Source: an uncultured Oscillibacter sp. (GTDB lineage: Bacteria > Bacillota > Clostridia > Oscillospirales > Oscillospiraceae). From it: 64,000 nt of DNA. The notes under the pieces were generated by a model, which saw only the letters and a list, made by a program, of their open reading frames with translations, was not told the DNA's origin and did no database searches. Location: positions 497 to 64,496 of the forward strand of contig URKI01000003.1 in the NCBI GenBank assembly GCA_900548505.1. Direction: 5' to 3'. Positions 50,209 to 58,740 of this stretch are shown one piece after another (position 1 is the stretch's first letter; each line of letters opens with the position of its first letter). A program made the position numbers and the translations under genes.

Positions 50209-50250
50209 CCACGTGGCCGCAAAGTTTTCTTTGCAGCCACGTCTTTTTAT
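50209..50250 (+). repeat. Hairpin element copy 2
   Basis: CCACGTGGCCGCAAAG-TTTT-CTTTGCAGCCACGTCTTTTTAT; 38/42 identical to copy 1. Confidence 0.85.
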
Positions 50251-50441
50251 ATCCAGGTCGTTTCGTGCAGGTATGCTTTTCAGAAAAATTTCAGAGTAAG
50301 CTGGCAGGTAATTGCAATCGTCTGTGAAATATGGCATTCTTTAACATTAAGGTATGGTTTCTTTCCGGAAACCATCGGCAGCCAGAGGGTGAAGCCACAG
50401 TCCCGCATTCTCCGGCGCCATTTTCAAGAGGAGGGCTTTCT

Positions 50442-51362
50442 ATGAAAAAACGTGCAGTATCCCTGATTTTGACGTGTGTGCTGTGTCTCTGTTTGATGCC
50501 GGTCGCCGCACAGGCCGCCGAGTGGTATGAGGTAGAGCCCTTTTACCCGGAGTACTTCGGCAGCAGCGAGCCAACCACCGGGACAAAAGAAATGACCGTT
50601 GACGGGCAAACCGTCACCGTATCCGTCTTTCCGGCCGGAACGCAATTCAGCTCCTTCAACGGGCTGTATATCGGTGAGACGGAATCCTATGTGGATGGAA
50701 CCCCTTCCTACACACCATTCGATCCGGCGAAAGGCCTGCCCGCAGAGGGCGTCCATCGGATCAAGCTGTACAGCATGTATTACGGATATGAAGGCGACGT
50801 GTGGGTCACCGCGGAAAGCTCCGGCACCACCGCCGAGCCCACGGAGCCTGACGAGCCCGCGGCGCCCTCTTTTTCTGATATCGCCGCGGATGCCTATTAT
50901 ACCGAGCCGGTAGCGTGGGCCGTGGCACAAGGCATCACCAGCGGCACCACTTCCACCACGTTCTCCCCGAACAACGCCTGCACCCGTGCGCAGATCATCA
51001 CGTTCCTGTGGCGGGCTGCAGGATCTCCGGAACCCGAAGCTCCCTGCGCATTTACAGATGTAAAGGCCGATGCCTATTACGCCCAGGCGGTGGCTTGGGC
51101 CGCAGAAAAGGGCATGGTTAGCGGCAGCACTTTTTCCCCGGATGCCCCCTGCACCCGGCTGATGGCTGTGGAATTCATGTGGAAGCAGGCCGGAAGCCCC
51201 GATGCATCTGATGCCAGTTTTACCGACGTTTCCTCTGACGCCGTCAACTGGGCAGTGGAAGCCGGCGTGACCGGCGGCACCACCGCCGACACCTTCTCCC
51301 CGGATACCACCTGCACCCGCGCCCAGATCGTGACGTTCCTGTACCGGGCATTTGCCGAATAA
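50442..51362 (+). CDS. Secreted S-layer homology (SLH) domain protein
   Basis: Signal peptide (AQA), three SLH repeats (FSDI..AYY..VAWA, FSP...TRAQI); TTGCAA-17 bp-CATTCT promoter at 50312-50340. Confidence 0.88.
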   Translation: MKKRAVSLILTCVLCLCLMPVAAQAAEWYEVEPFYPEYFGSSEPTTGTKEMTVDGQTVTVSVFPAGTQFSSFNGLYIGETESYVDGTPSYTPFDPAKGLPAEGVHRIKLYSMYYGYEGDVWVTAESSGTTAEPTEPDEPAAPSFSDIAADAYYTEPVAWAVAQGITSGTTSTTFSPNNACTRAQIITFLWRAAGSPEPEAPCAFTDVKADAYYAQAVAWAAEKGMVSGSTFSPDAPCTRLMAVEFMWKQAGSPDASDASFTDVSSDAVNWAVEAGVTGGTTADTFSPDTTCTRAQIVTFLYRAFAE

Positions 51363-51425
51363 CAGACATCTCTATCCCTGTCGGCACGGAGACCCCCGAT
51401 TTAAAACATAATTCCAAACACATTT

Positions 51426-51462
51426 TGTAGCCGCAAAGCTTGCTTTGCGGCTACATTTTTAT
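51426..51462 (+). repeat. Hairpin element copy 3
   Basis: TGTAGCCGCAAAG-CTTG-CTTTGCGGCTACATTTTTAT; compensatory changes relative to copy 1. Confidence 0.75.
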
Positions 51463-51596
51463 GTCTGCCGTACAACTTTGACCATTCCGCCCACAGCGCG
51501 CCCTGCCGGGAAAGACGTCTGCTCCGTATCTTCCCTCCCGGAACCATCCTGCGCCCGGGTGCATATTCTGAGGCAAACGCAAAGGAGGGATGCCCT

Positions 51597-52196
51597 ATGA
51601 AGCAGCATCTCACCGCCTGGAGGGCAGCCATGCGCTACATCCATCCGGTGGACAAGAGCCTGCTGCTCTTCATGCTGATCCTGCTGGTCCAGTCCGCCGC
51701 CAATCTCTTTTTCCCTGCCGGGGACGGTTCGGCGGCCGGGGAGATCGACATCGTGGTCCGCACCTCTGCCGCCGCCATTTTCGGCTACTTCCTCAGCGCC
51801 AATTTTATTGGCCACGAGGAAAACAGCGGACAGGCGACAACGGCCGCCCCGGCGCATACATTGAAAGCGGGGACCAGTCCGGTGCAGGACAGCATGCCCC
51901 GGGCGCAAATCGGCTTCTCCGCCGGTGAACCGGCAGAGGAACCCGGTACGCCTGAGCTGCAGCCGCCGGAGCAGTCTGCTCTCTGCCTGCAGGTGCGCTG
52001 TGCCACCTTCATCGGCCTTTTCTGTCTGGCCGCGCTGCTGCTTCTGCGCAGCCTGACCCAGCTTGGTGTCGTGCCGCCCCCGTCCGATTCGGTCACCGGC
52101 ACCATCGTCCAGTTCCGGGACTTCATCTCCGGCTGCGTCGGATTCCTGATCGGCTGCCCCACGCATCACCTCCGTGCATCCGGCACGGAATACTAG
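51597..52196 (+). CDS. Hypothetical membrane protein
   Basis: AAAGGAGG RBS; two hydrophobic hairpins separated by a P/E/A-rich linker. Confidence 0.7.
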   Translation: MKQHLTAWRAAMRYIHPVDKSLLLFMLILLVQSAANLFFPAGDGSAAGEIDIVVRTSAAAIFGYFLSANFIGHEENSGQATTAAPAHTLKAGTSPVQDSMPRAQIGFSAGEPAEEPGTPELQPPEQSALCLQVRCATFIGLFCLAALLLLRSLTQLGVVPPPSDSVTGTIVQFRDFISGCVGFLIGCPTHHLRASGTEY

Positions 52197-52206
52197 GAGG
52201 TTTCCC

Positions 52207-53073
52207 ATGCCCGATATCAAGCAGGACCTGCTCAGTCTGCAATACAGCAAGAATTTTGAAATTCAGGGAATGCAGGAGGCCAATGTGGATCTGGAGCTGC
52301 CCCCCGCCTCCGCCACCACGGCCACGGTGTACGGCATCGTCACGGACGGCGCCGCCCCCATTGCCGATGCCACCGTAAAGCTGTTTGACAGCGCAGGCCT
52401 GCCCTATAAGCACACCATGACCGGCGCTGACGGCGCTTTCTCCATGACCGGCATCCTCGCCGGCACTTATACGCTGGGCGCTGTCAAGGACGGCTACCGG
52501 CTCAGTGATGCAGCCGGCGTCACGCTCTCTGACGGGTCCACAGTTCAGGTGAACCTGGTCTGCACCAAAGACGTCACCTTGTCCCTGGGTGCCATTGCCG
52601 GCACCCTGACCGTTATCGATCCTCTGGGTGGTGCCCCCGTACCGCTGGGCGGGGCAAAGATCACCCTGCAGGATTCCCTGGGGGCCGCTGTGGCCGCCAC
52701 CTATACCGCTGCGGACGGCGAGTTTGCTTTCTACGATCTGGCAGACGGCACCTATACCCTGATGGCCTCCGCGGACGGCTACCTGGCCGTCTCCTCTGTG
52801 ACCGCCGTCATCGCGGGCGGCTCCATTGCCAACGTGGCCTTGACCATGACGGTAGACGGCCGCACCTACAACGGCACCGTCAGCGGCATCATCCGCGACA
52901 ACGCCGGCCGCGCGGTGGCCGGCTGCTTCGTAGGGCTTTACCAGGTGACGGACATGGCAGGTATCTCCCAGGAGCGCCTGGTGTCCGTCACCAAGACCAA
53001 TGCCGCGGGAAAGTACCTCTTTGGCGGTGTCAGCGGCGGAGAATATCTGGTCAAGGCAAAGCTGGAACAGTAA
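52207..53073 (+). CDS. Protein with three carboxypeptidase-regulatory-like (prealbumin-fold) domains
   Basis: Three repeats of G.V.D..P...A.V.L....T..DG.F....L..G.Y.L; AGGAGG RBS; no signal peptide. Confidence 0.8.
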   Translation: MPDIKQDLLSLQYSKNFEIQGMQEANVDLELPPASATTATVYGIVTDGAAPIADATVKLFDSAGLPYKHTMTGADGAFSMTGILAGTYTLGAVKDGYRLSDAAGVTLSDGSTVQVNLVCTKDVTLSLGAIAGTLTVIDPLGGAPVPLGGAKITLQDSLGAAVAATYTAADGEFAFYDLADGTYTLMASADGYLAVSSVTAVIAGGSIANVALTMTVDGRTYNGTVSGIIRDNAGRAVAGCFVGLYQVTDMAGISQERLVSVTKTNAAGKYLFGGVSGGEYLVKAKLEQ

Positions 53074-53207
53074 TCCCCGACAGCGGCCTGCTGGCCGTGC
53101 GCCGCGTCTTTCTCTGCGGAAATGATGCGGAGGCGGATGCCCCTTTGTGCGTCCGCCCCCGCTCCATCCTGTGCGGCATCCATCTGTCCATAGAGGATGT
53201 TTGTCCC

Positions 53208-53468
53208 ATGGATGAAGTAATCCTTCAGCCGCAGGATGGCTGCTGCCGGCAGGTACGAACCCTGACCTGCCAGGGGGACGTCTGGTTTGGCTTTCTGCAG
53301 CCGGGCGCCTACCGGCTCACCCTCCGCCGCAGCGGGCACCGCCTTACGCTGGCGGTACGCCTTCCTCCCGGCGGCAACGCGGCCATCCGCTGCTGCCTTT
53401 GCCCCCGGCACTTTTGCTGGGAGCGGGATGCGTTCCATTACTTTTTCAACACAGCAGCCGGGTTTTAA
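53208..53468 (+). CDS. Small hypothetical protein with a degenerate prealbumin-like repeat
   Basis: GDVWFGFLQPGAYRLTL resembles the upstream repeats; GAGGA RBS. Confidence 0.5.
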   Translation: MDEVILQPQDGCCRQVRTLTCQGDVWFGFLQPGAYRLTLRRSGHRLTLAVRLPPGGNAAIRCCLCPRHFCWERDAFHYFFNTAAGF

Positions 53469-53493
53469 ATGCGTTCATCCGGGAAAACCATGT

Positions 53494-53530
53494 AAAAAAA
53501 GGAGCAGAGGAAATTCCTCCGCTCCTTTTT
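53494..53530. terminator. Bidirectional terminator closing the phage-like operon
   Basis: AAAAAAAGGAGCAGAGGAA-A-TTCCTCCGCTCCTTTTT. Confidence 0.8.
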
Positions 53531-54104
53531 ATTGGATTTTTCCACCCATCAGTTCAAAGCGTTCCCAGGTAAATTCCTGCTGCTCCACCAATGCCCAGGT
53601 ATACCCGGCTGCTTCACACTCTTCCCAGGTCATGTAGCGGAAGTAGAATTCCGCCTCCAGATGACAGGGCAGGATGTCCAGCACGATCTGCTGGATCTCA
53701 TCAAATCCAGGCGGCACGCCGCCGATGCCCGGAAAGATCACCCGCAGATGGCCGGTGTCCACTTCCAGCGCCTTGGCGGGGATGCCACAGCCGCTGATGG
53801 TCCGGTTGATGGCCTCCGGGGTCAGGCTGTCCGCATCGATCTGCATCAGTGCGGTGATGGCCGCCCGCCGGTCTTCTGCCGTCTCCGCCACAGGGCGCCT
53901 GGCAAACAGCGCCTCCCGCCGCTCCAGGCCTTCTTCCAGCGCGGTGGCCACCAGGCTCTCCCGCTCTGTCCGCTCCAGCGTCTGCCCGGCACCGTCCAGC
54001 GCTCTGCCCGCCGCATAGGCCATAGCCTCGCTGAAAGACCCTTCCTGCAGGTCATAGATCCCCAGCGGCGCCAGCAGGTTTTTCAGATACTCCGCATACG
54101 CCAT
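53529..54104 (-). CDS. Baseplate wedge protein (DUF2313/XkdU/Mu gp48-like)
   Basis: TALEEGLERRE, ILPCHL, C-terminal TW repeats; follows baseplate J. Confidence 0.75.
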   Translation of the reverse strand: MAYAEYLKNLLAPLGIYDLQEGSFSEAMAYAAGRALDGAGQTLERTERESLVATALEEGLERREALFARRPVAETAEDRRAAITALMQIDADSLTPEAINRTISGCGIPAKALEVDTGHLRVIFPGIGGVPPGFDEIQQIVLDILPCHLEAEFYFRYMTWEECEAAGYTWALVEQQEFTWERFELMGGKIQ

Positions 54105-55166
54105 TCAGCTCTCCTCCCAAGGTGTTGCCGTCAGTTCTCCCAGCACCGCAAGCTCGCTCTGCTGCACGGGAACATCCTGCGCCGGCGCCGTGATGCGCAC
54201 ATTGGACACACTCTCCAGCGAAAATACCAGGCTGCTCAGCTCCGCAAGACGCACGGTCTGCCCCAGCAGCTCTCCGCCGAAAAACATGGTGACCGCCTGC
54301 TCTGCCGCAGCCACAGCCTCCTCCTTGCTCCGCCCGGCGGCAGGTGCCACCTGCATGGTGATGTCCACCCGCTTTTCTGTGGGAGCCAGCACCTTCACGT
54401 CCACGGCGATCTCCCGCTTTTCCTGAATGTCCGCCTGCACCTGCTGCAAAAGCTCCTCGGAAGGGATTCCCGCCGCCGTGGAAATGTAAACGTCCACCGT
54501 GCCGATCCCTCTGGCCCGGCCTACCGCCCTGGCGGCCACAACGCCGGTATGGGACATGGCCGTCTTTTCATACCAGGCTGCGTTGGCCCCGTTGGGCAGG
54601 CGCTGATAGCTCTCCAACACCCGGCTGCGCAGGCTCTCATCCTCCTCCGGGTCACTTCCGCCGGAAAAGGACTTGGGATTGGTGCAGTGGGTCACCCCCA
54701 CGGGGCACGCCGTCAGGATGACAATGGTACCCGGCGATGCGTTGCCATTTTCCCCGCTTTCCACCGCTTGAGCGGGAATGTCCACCGACAACCCGCCAGC
54801 TTTCAGCGTGCCCGCCTCCGTAGTCTCAAAGCGCACTTCCTCCGCCGTCATACATACGGTCCCCGCCGGGATCGTCAGATCCGACGCCGGGGCCAGGTCC
54901 ACAGAAAAGTGCAGCGTCCCCTGGGCCTTCGTGCCTGCCATGCGGCTCAGCCCCCGCATGGCCGCATGCCGCTCCAGATAGACCCCCTGAGCCGTCTGTG
55001 GGAAGCTCTGGTCCAGCACCCAGTCTGCCTGCATCTCCAGTGCCTGAACCTGTGCCGCCGCTGCATACAGCCGTACTGCAAGGTCACAGGAATCCTCCGG
55101 CCGGAAGCCGCAGCGCGCCTCCATGTCCGCACGCATCTGCGCGTAAATCTCCTCCACACTTCTCAC
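54105..55166 (-). CDS. Baseplate J / Mu gp47 / XkdT-like protein
   Basis: FPQTAQGVYLERHA, IPAGT, GGSDPEEDESLRSRV, GIGTVDVY. Confidence 0.9.
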   Translation of the reverse strand: MRSVEEIYAQMRADMEARCGFRPEDSCDLAVRLYAAAAQVQALEMQADWVLDQSFPQTAQGVYLERHAAMRGLSRMAGTKAQGTLHFSVDLAPASDLTIPAGTVCMTAEEVRFETTEAGTLKAGGLSVDIPAQAVESGENGNASPGTIVILTACPVGVTHCTNPKSFSGGSDPEEDESLRSRVLESYQRLPNGANAAWYEKTAMSHTGVVAARAVGRARGIGTVDVYISTAAGIPSEELLQQVQADIQEKREIAVDVKVLAPTEKRVDITMQVAPAAGRSKEEAVAAAEQAVTMFFGGELLGQTVRLAELSSLVFSLESVSNVRITAPAQDVPVQQSELAVLGELTATPWEES

Positions 55167-55179
55167 GATCCGTCTCCTC

Positions 55180-55527
55180 TCATTGCACCTCCAGCGTCAC
55201 CGTCAGAGTTTCGTCCTCCCAAAGCAGAACGACCGTCAGGGTAGCCGTGTCATCTGCCCGCTGCGTAAGCTCCACCCGCTCCACCCGGACAGGCTCATCC
55301 GCCAGTGCCTCCGCCACATACTGCTCCGCAGCAGAGAGGCGCTGGCCGGGGGACAGGCTGCTCAGCTGCCAGAGCCGGCTGCCAAGCTCCTCGCAAAAGG
55401 GGAACCGCCCCCGCCTTGCCCGCAGGCGGAACAATACCCGCTCCAATATTGCCTCCGCCCCCTCCGCATACTGGATATTTCCGCCGGAGAGCCGGTAATC
55501 TCCGTTTTGTAAAATGGGTTCTCTCAT
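55180..55527 (-). CDS. Baseplate wedge / sheath initiator (Mu gp46 / gp25-like)
   Basis: LGSRLWQL...AEQYVAEAL motif; position before baseplate J. Confidence 0.7.
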   Translation of the reverse strand: MREPILQNGDYRLSGGNIQYAEGAEAILERVLFRLRARRGRFPFCEELGSRLWQLSSLSPGQRLSAAEQYVAEALADEPVRVERVELTQRADDTATLTVVLLWEDETLTVTLEVQ

Positions 55528-55528
55528 A

Positions 55529-55936
55529 TTACACGGTCCCCTCCTCACCACAGGTACAGGGCTTGTACGGCTCTCCGTTGATGAAAAGCGGCCCCTCAAC
55601 GCACACACGCCCCTTGAGTACCAGCGATCCGTCTGCTTTCAGATAGATGCTGGCTCCGCCGCCGCGGATCAGCACCTCGCCCGGCTCCATGGGCTCTTTC
55701 GCCTCTGTCTGCCGCATACCGGCCACGCATTGCTCCTGCCCGCCGGGACCGCCCTTGATGACCAGCACCTCCGCGCCGTTTTGCGGCATCCAGCAATAGC
55801 CGCCGGGGCCGTAGATGGGCAGGGAGCGGACCTCCCCCCGGGTCAGCACGCCCGCCTGCCCGCCGGCGATGGTAGTCACGCCCAGATCTGCGTCCGCCGT
55901 GGGCGGCGATGGGCGCAGTTTTTGGGAAATCCACAT
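55529..55936 (-). CDS. Baseplate central spike (Mu gp45-like)
   Basis: PGGYCWMP..GAEVLVI.GG OB-fold-like part, EPGEV, short beta-repeat tail. Confidence 0.65.
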   Translation of the reverse strand: MWISQKLRPSPPTADADLGVTTIAGGQAGVLTRGEVRSLPIYGPGGYCWMPQNGAEVLVIKGGPGGQEQCVAGMRQTEAKEPMEPGEVLIRGGGASIYLKADGSLVLKGRVCVEGPLFINGEPYKPCTCGEEGTV

Positions 55937-56883
55937 TATGCTCCCCCCTTTTCCAAAGTCAGCTCCACGGTGGCCCCGCCGCTGAGCGAAAAGCGGTTGT
56001 CCGCCTGGGCCACCCGGTAAATGCCTGTGAGGCCCATGCGCGTCAGAGAAAGCTCTACTTCATCGCCGGGAAAAGCCAGGAAGCTCCCCGGCAGCGTCAG
56101 CACGATAGACAGTTCCTCCCGGGCAGACTGGGCGATCTGGTATTCGCCGGTATAGCGCATGGCGTCCCAGGTGCTCTGCCCCGGCGTGCAGACCACACGG
56201 CGGCACTGTCCGCCCCGCGCCAGCATGTCATTATTTTTCACGCTGTAAAAGGCATTGCGGGTCTTGTCGATCACCAGCACCTCCGTCAAAACGCCGTAGT
56301 GATCCTCCCGCAGTCTGCACGAGAGCACCGCATTTTCCTCATCAATGTGGACCCTGCGTCCCGCCCCGGCGGGAGCGGCCACCAGACGGCCATCCCGCTG
56401 GAAAGTGGGGGTGAATCCGCCGTATGCCCTGCAAAACCCCTCCAGGGCCTTCCACTGGCTGGTGCCGGAGGCCACCGTGTAGGGCGACAGCGCCCGGACG
56501 GAGGCCACGCGGGCGGCGGTGATGCCATAAGGCGTCACATGGTTGCGCAAAATCTCTTCCAGCGTGGCCACCTCATAGGTCATGGGCCGGGACTCGTTGT
56601 CCAGCAGCCGGGCGGCATACCCCCGGCCGCACACCGTCGCCGTCAGGCCGCTCGTCCCAAGATCCACCGTGTATTCATCCACGATGCCCCGCAGCATCAC
56701 CTGCCCGTTTTCCAGCGCCGTGAAGCCCGCCGCCAGATGCAGCGGCTCCGCCATGGACGCATCGTAGAAAAACGTTACAGAGAAGCTGTCGCAGGGCACG
56801 CCGCCGGTGTGGACCACGTTCCATTCCAGAAGCGCCGGCAGCTCCAGCACCCGGTGGGTGCAGGTGATGATCTGTGCCTTCAT
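55936..56883 (-). CDS. Baseplate hub (Mu gp44 / XkdQ-like)
   Basis: CDSFSV, GIVDE, GRGYAARLLDN; about 315 aa; start at MKAQII. Confidence 0.75.
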   Translation of the reverse strand: MKAQIITCTHRVLELPALLEWNVVHTGGVPCDSFSVTFFYDASMAEPLHLAAGFTALENGQVMLRGIVDEYTVDLGTSGLTATVCGRGYAARLLDNESRPMTYEVATLEEILRNHVTPYGITAARVASVRALSPYTVASGTSQWKALEGFCRAYGGFTPTFQRDGRLVAAPAGAGRRVHIDEENAVLSCRLREDHYGVLTEVLVIDKTRNAFYSVKNNDMLARGGQCRRVVCTPGQSTWDAMRYTGEYQIAQSAREELSIVLTLPGSFLAFPGDEVELSLTRMGLTGIYRVAQADNRFSLSGGATVELTLEKGGA

Positions 56884-57473
56884 GGGATCACCACCGTTTC
56901 TCCCGGATAGATAAGATTCGGGTTTTTGATCTGGGGATTGGCCGCGATCAGATCCGTCAGGGCCACGCCGTACCGCCCTGCGATCCCCCACAGGGTATCT
57001 CCCTTGCGGACCACATAGGTTCCGGAGTACGAAGGCGCCGACTGGGAGGCCTCGCCTGCGGAGCCTCCCTCCTCCGTCCCGCCTGCGTTGATCTCCGTCA
57101 GCCCCGCCTTGTAGCCGCCCTGGTCCTCCCAGAAGGCAAAGCGGTATCGCACAAAGTCCGGCAGCGGCTCCTCCGTCAGCTGCAGCGTCACAAAATAGGC
57201 GCTGGACGCAGGCCATACCGGATGGACCAGCAGTCCCGGTCCTGGCTGGTCAAATACCTGCTCCAGGGCGCGGAACGTAGCGTAGGCATCCTTTCCGGCA
57301 AAGGTGCCCTCCCCCTCCAGCACTCTGCATCCGGCTCCCAGATCCTGCAGCACATATCCCCCGAAAGGCACCTTGTGGACCGCCACCTGTCTGCGGTGCT
57401 CCACCTGGTAGGTCTCCGGGTTATGGGGCCAGGTAAATTCCTTATAGCGCATGGGCGCCAGGCGCATGCACAT
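56880..57473 (-). CDS. Tail tube initiator-like protein with C-terminal LysM (XkdP-like)
   Basis: WPHNPE, LQDLG, GLLVHP N-domain; YVVRKGDTLWGIA...NPQIKNPNLIYPG LysM. Confidence 0.85.
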   Translation of the reverse strand: MCMRLAPMRYKEFTWPHNPETYQVEHRRQVAVHKVPFGGYVLQDLGAGCRVLEGEGTFAGKDAYATFRALEQVFDQPGPGLLVHPVWPASSAYFVTLQLTEEPLPDFVRYRFAFWEDQGGYKAGLTEINAGGTEEGGSAGEASQSAPSYSGTYVVRKGDTLWGIAGRYGVALTDLIAANPQIKNPNLIYPGETVVIP

Positions 57474-57481
57474 TCCTCCTT

Positions 57482-58030
57482 TCAGTACAGGGAAAAGCCG
57501 CCGTCATAGCGCCGGGCGTCCCGCTCAAACGCCAGGGAGACAGCCCGCGCCGAAAGCACATCCTGCCCCGCGCCGCCGGCCGCAGCCGGTACCACCTGAG
57601 CCTCTCTCCGGCCGACACCAACTGCTGCGGCGCTCCATGCGCCCGCAGCCCGGACGCCGCCGTCTCCGGAGACTCCGCCGGATATGTACGCCGCACCGCT
57701 TTCCGGCGTCTGCCCGTACCGCCTCTCGCCCGCCTGCGTCACCGCCTGCCGCCTGGCCGCCATACTGCGTTCCAGGTTCTCCTGGAAGCGGGCAGCGGAA
57801 CTCCCGGACCAAACGCTCCCATCCGCCGTCTCCCCCGGCTGCTGCGCGTTCTCTCTCAACATCCGTCGGACCGCAGACAACGCCTGCGCCGCCTCCGCTT
57901 CTGTACTGCTGTACGCTGCCTGCCTGGGCGACTCCGTTTCCTGTCTTGTCTCCTGCTCGCGGCCCAACAGCAGCAGCGACAAAAGCTGCCACTGCCGGGC
58001 CAGTACGTTTTGCACATAGTCCATGCTCAT
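57482..58030 (-). CDS. 182-aa protein in the tape-measure position
   Basis: Lies between the chaperone and LysM genes; A/Q/E/G-rich, partly helical; ends FERDARRYDGGFSLY. Confidence 0.55.
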   Translation of the reverse strand: MSMDYVQNVLARQWQLLSLLLLGREQETRQETESPRQAAYSSTEAEAAQALSAVRRMLRENAQQPGETADGSVWSGSSAARFQENLERSMAARRQAVTQAGERRYGQTPESGAAYISGGVSGDGGVRAAGAWSAAAVGVGRREAQVVPAAAGGAGQDVLSARAVSLAFERDARRYDGGFSLY

Positions 58031-58329
58031 CCCTCCCGCATGGCCGCAAACTTCTCCATGTCAAAGCCCGGATTCTCCATACCGCCGCCGGGTCCCACGC
58101 CGCCGAGCCGCTCCAGCAGCCGTTCCATCTCCGGCGCCGTCAGCGCCTCCAGAACGTCCTCCCTGCCGGAAAAGGCCGCCTCTCCCTGGAAAAAGCAGCA
58201 CTCCGCAAGCACCTGCGCATTGGTCAGGAGGCTCCGTTCCAGCACGTCCTCCGTCTGCTCCCGTCCCTCCCGCCAGATGGCAAGAAGACGGCCTGCCGTC
58301 AGCGGCCTGAGCTGGTCGATCTCTCTCAT
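58027..58329 (-). CDS. Putative tail assembly chaperone
   Basis: 100 aa (MREIDQLRPLTAG...) directly after the tube gene; ATGA overlaps at both ends. Confidence 0.55.
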   Translation of the reverse strand: MREIDQLRPLTAGRLLAIWREGREQTEDVLERSLLTNAQVLAECCFFQGEAAFSGREDVLEALTAPEMERLLERLGGVGPGGGMENPGFDMEKFAAMREG

Positions 58330-58715
58330 GCCTGGGTCTCGATGCGCTTGGAGGCCACTACGGTGATCTTCTCCGCCACCATGGCGTTGAGCTGGCCCTC
58401 CTCGTGGATGGTGCTCCACTCGCAGCCGCTGTAAATGACCTTGCGGTCGGGCTTGCAGATCACCAGGGAGAAATCCCGCAGCTCGTGGAAGTTGATGCCG
58501 TCGGCCACCGCGTCGTCGGTGGCGTAAAGGCGGGTCAGCTCCAGGGTGTACTTTTTCTGCCCTTCAATGGTGGCCACCGGCTCGCTTTCTCCGAACGCCT
58601 CCACGCTCTGGGAGGACTTGGTCGCCTTGGCGGTGTAGCTCTGTACCACCGCCACCTTTTTCCCATCCAGCTCCAGATAGATGTCCGCGCTGGTGGGGAA
58701 TCCCTTTGTATCCAT
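58326..58715 (-). CDS. Tail tube protein
   Basis: 129 aa, beta-rich (IYLELDGKKVAVVQSY...YSGCEW), directly after the sheath. Confidence 0.75.
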   Translation of the reverse strand: MDTKGFPTSADIYLELDGKKVAVVQSYTAKATKSSQSVEAFGESEPVATIEGQKKYTLELTRLYATDDAVADGINFHELRDFSLVICKPDRKVIYSGCEWSTIHEEGQLNAMVAEKITVVASKRIETQA

Positions 58716-58740
58716 GCTTGCTTCCTCCTCTCAGACGCCG

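Noticed and set aside
50354..50400. Hairpin ATGGTTTC/GAAACCAT in the SLH gene leader as a riboswitch
   Set aside because: No recognisable c-di-GMP or other aptamer consensus; a single short stem is insufficient.
49301..51462. CRISPR interpretation of the repeated palindromes
   Set aside because: Only three copies spaced about 0.9-1.2 kb apart with whole genes between; no cas genes in the window.
55936..57216. N-terminal extensions in track ORFs (hub, sheath, spo0A, ftsZ, ftsQ, murE, response regulator, DUF45 peptidase)
   Set aside because: The extensions overlap neighbouring genes or intergenic DNA; downstream starts have good RBSs and family-typical N-termini.
58027..58329. Programmed -1 frameshift in the tail chaperone
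   Set aside because: Only a weak C-TTT-TTC candidate, not a canonical XXXYYYZ slippery site.
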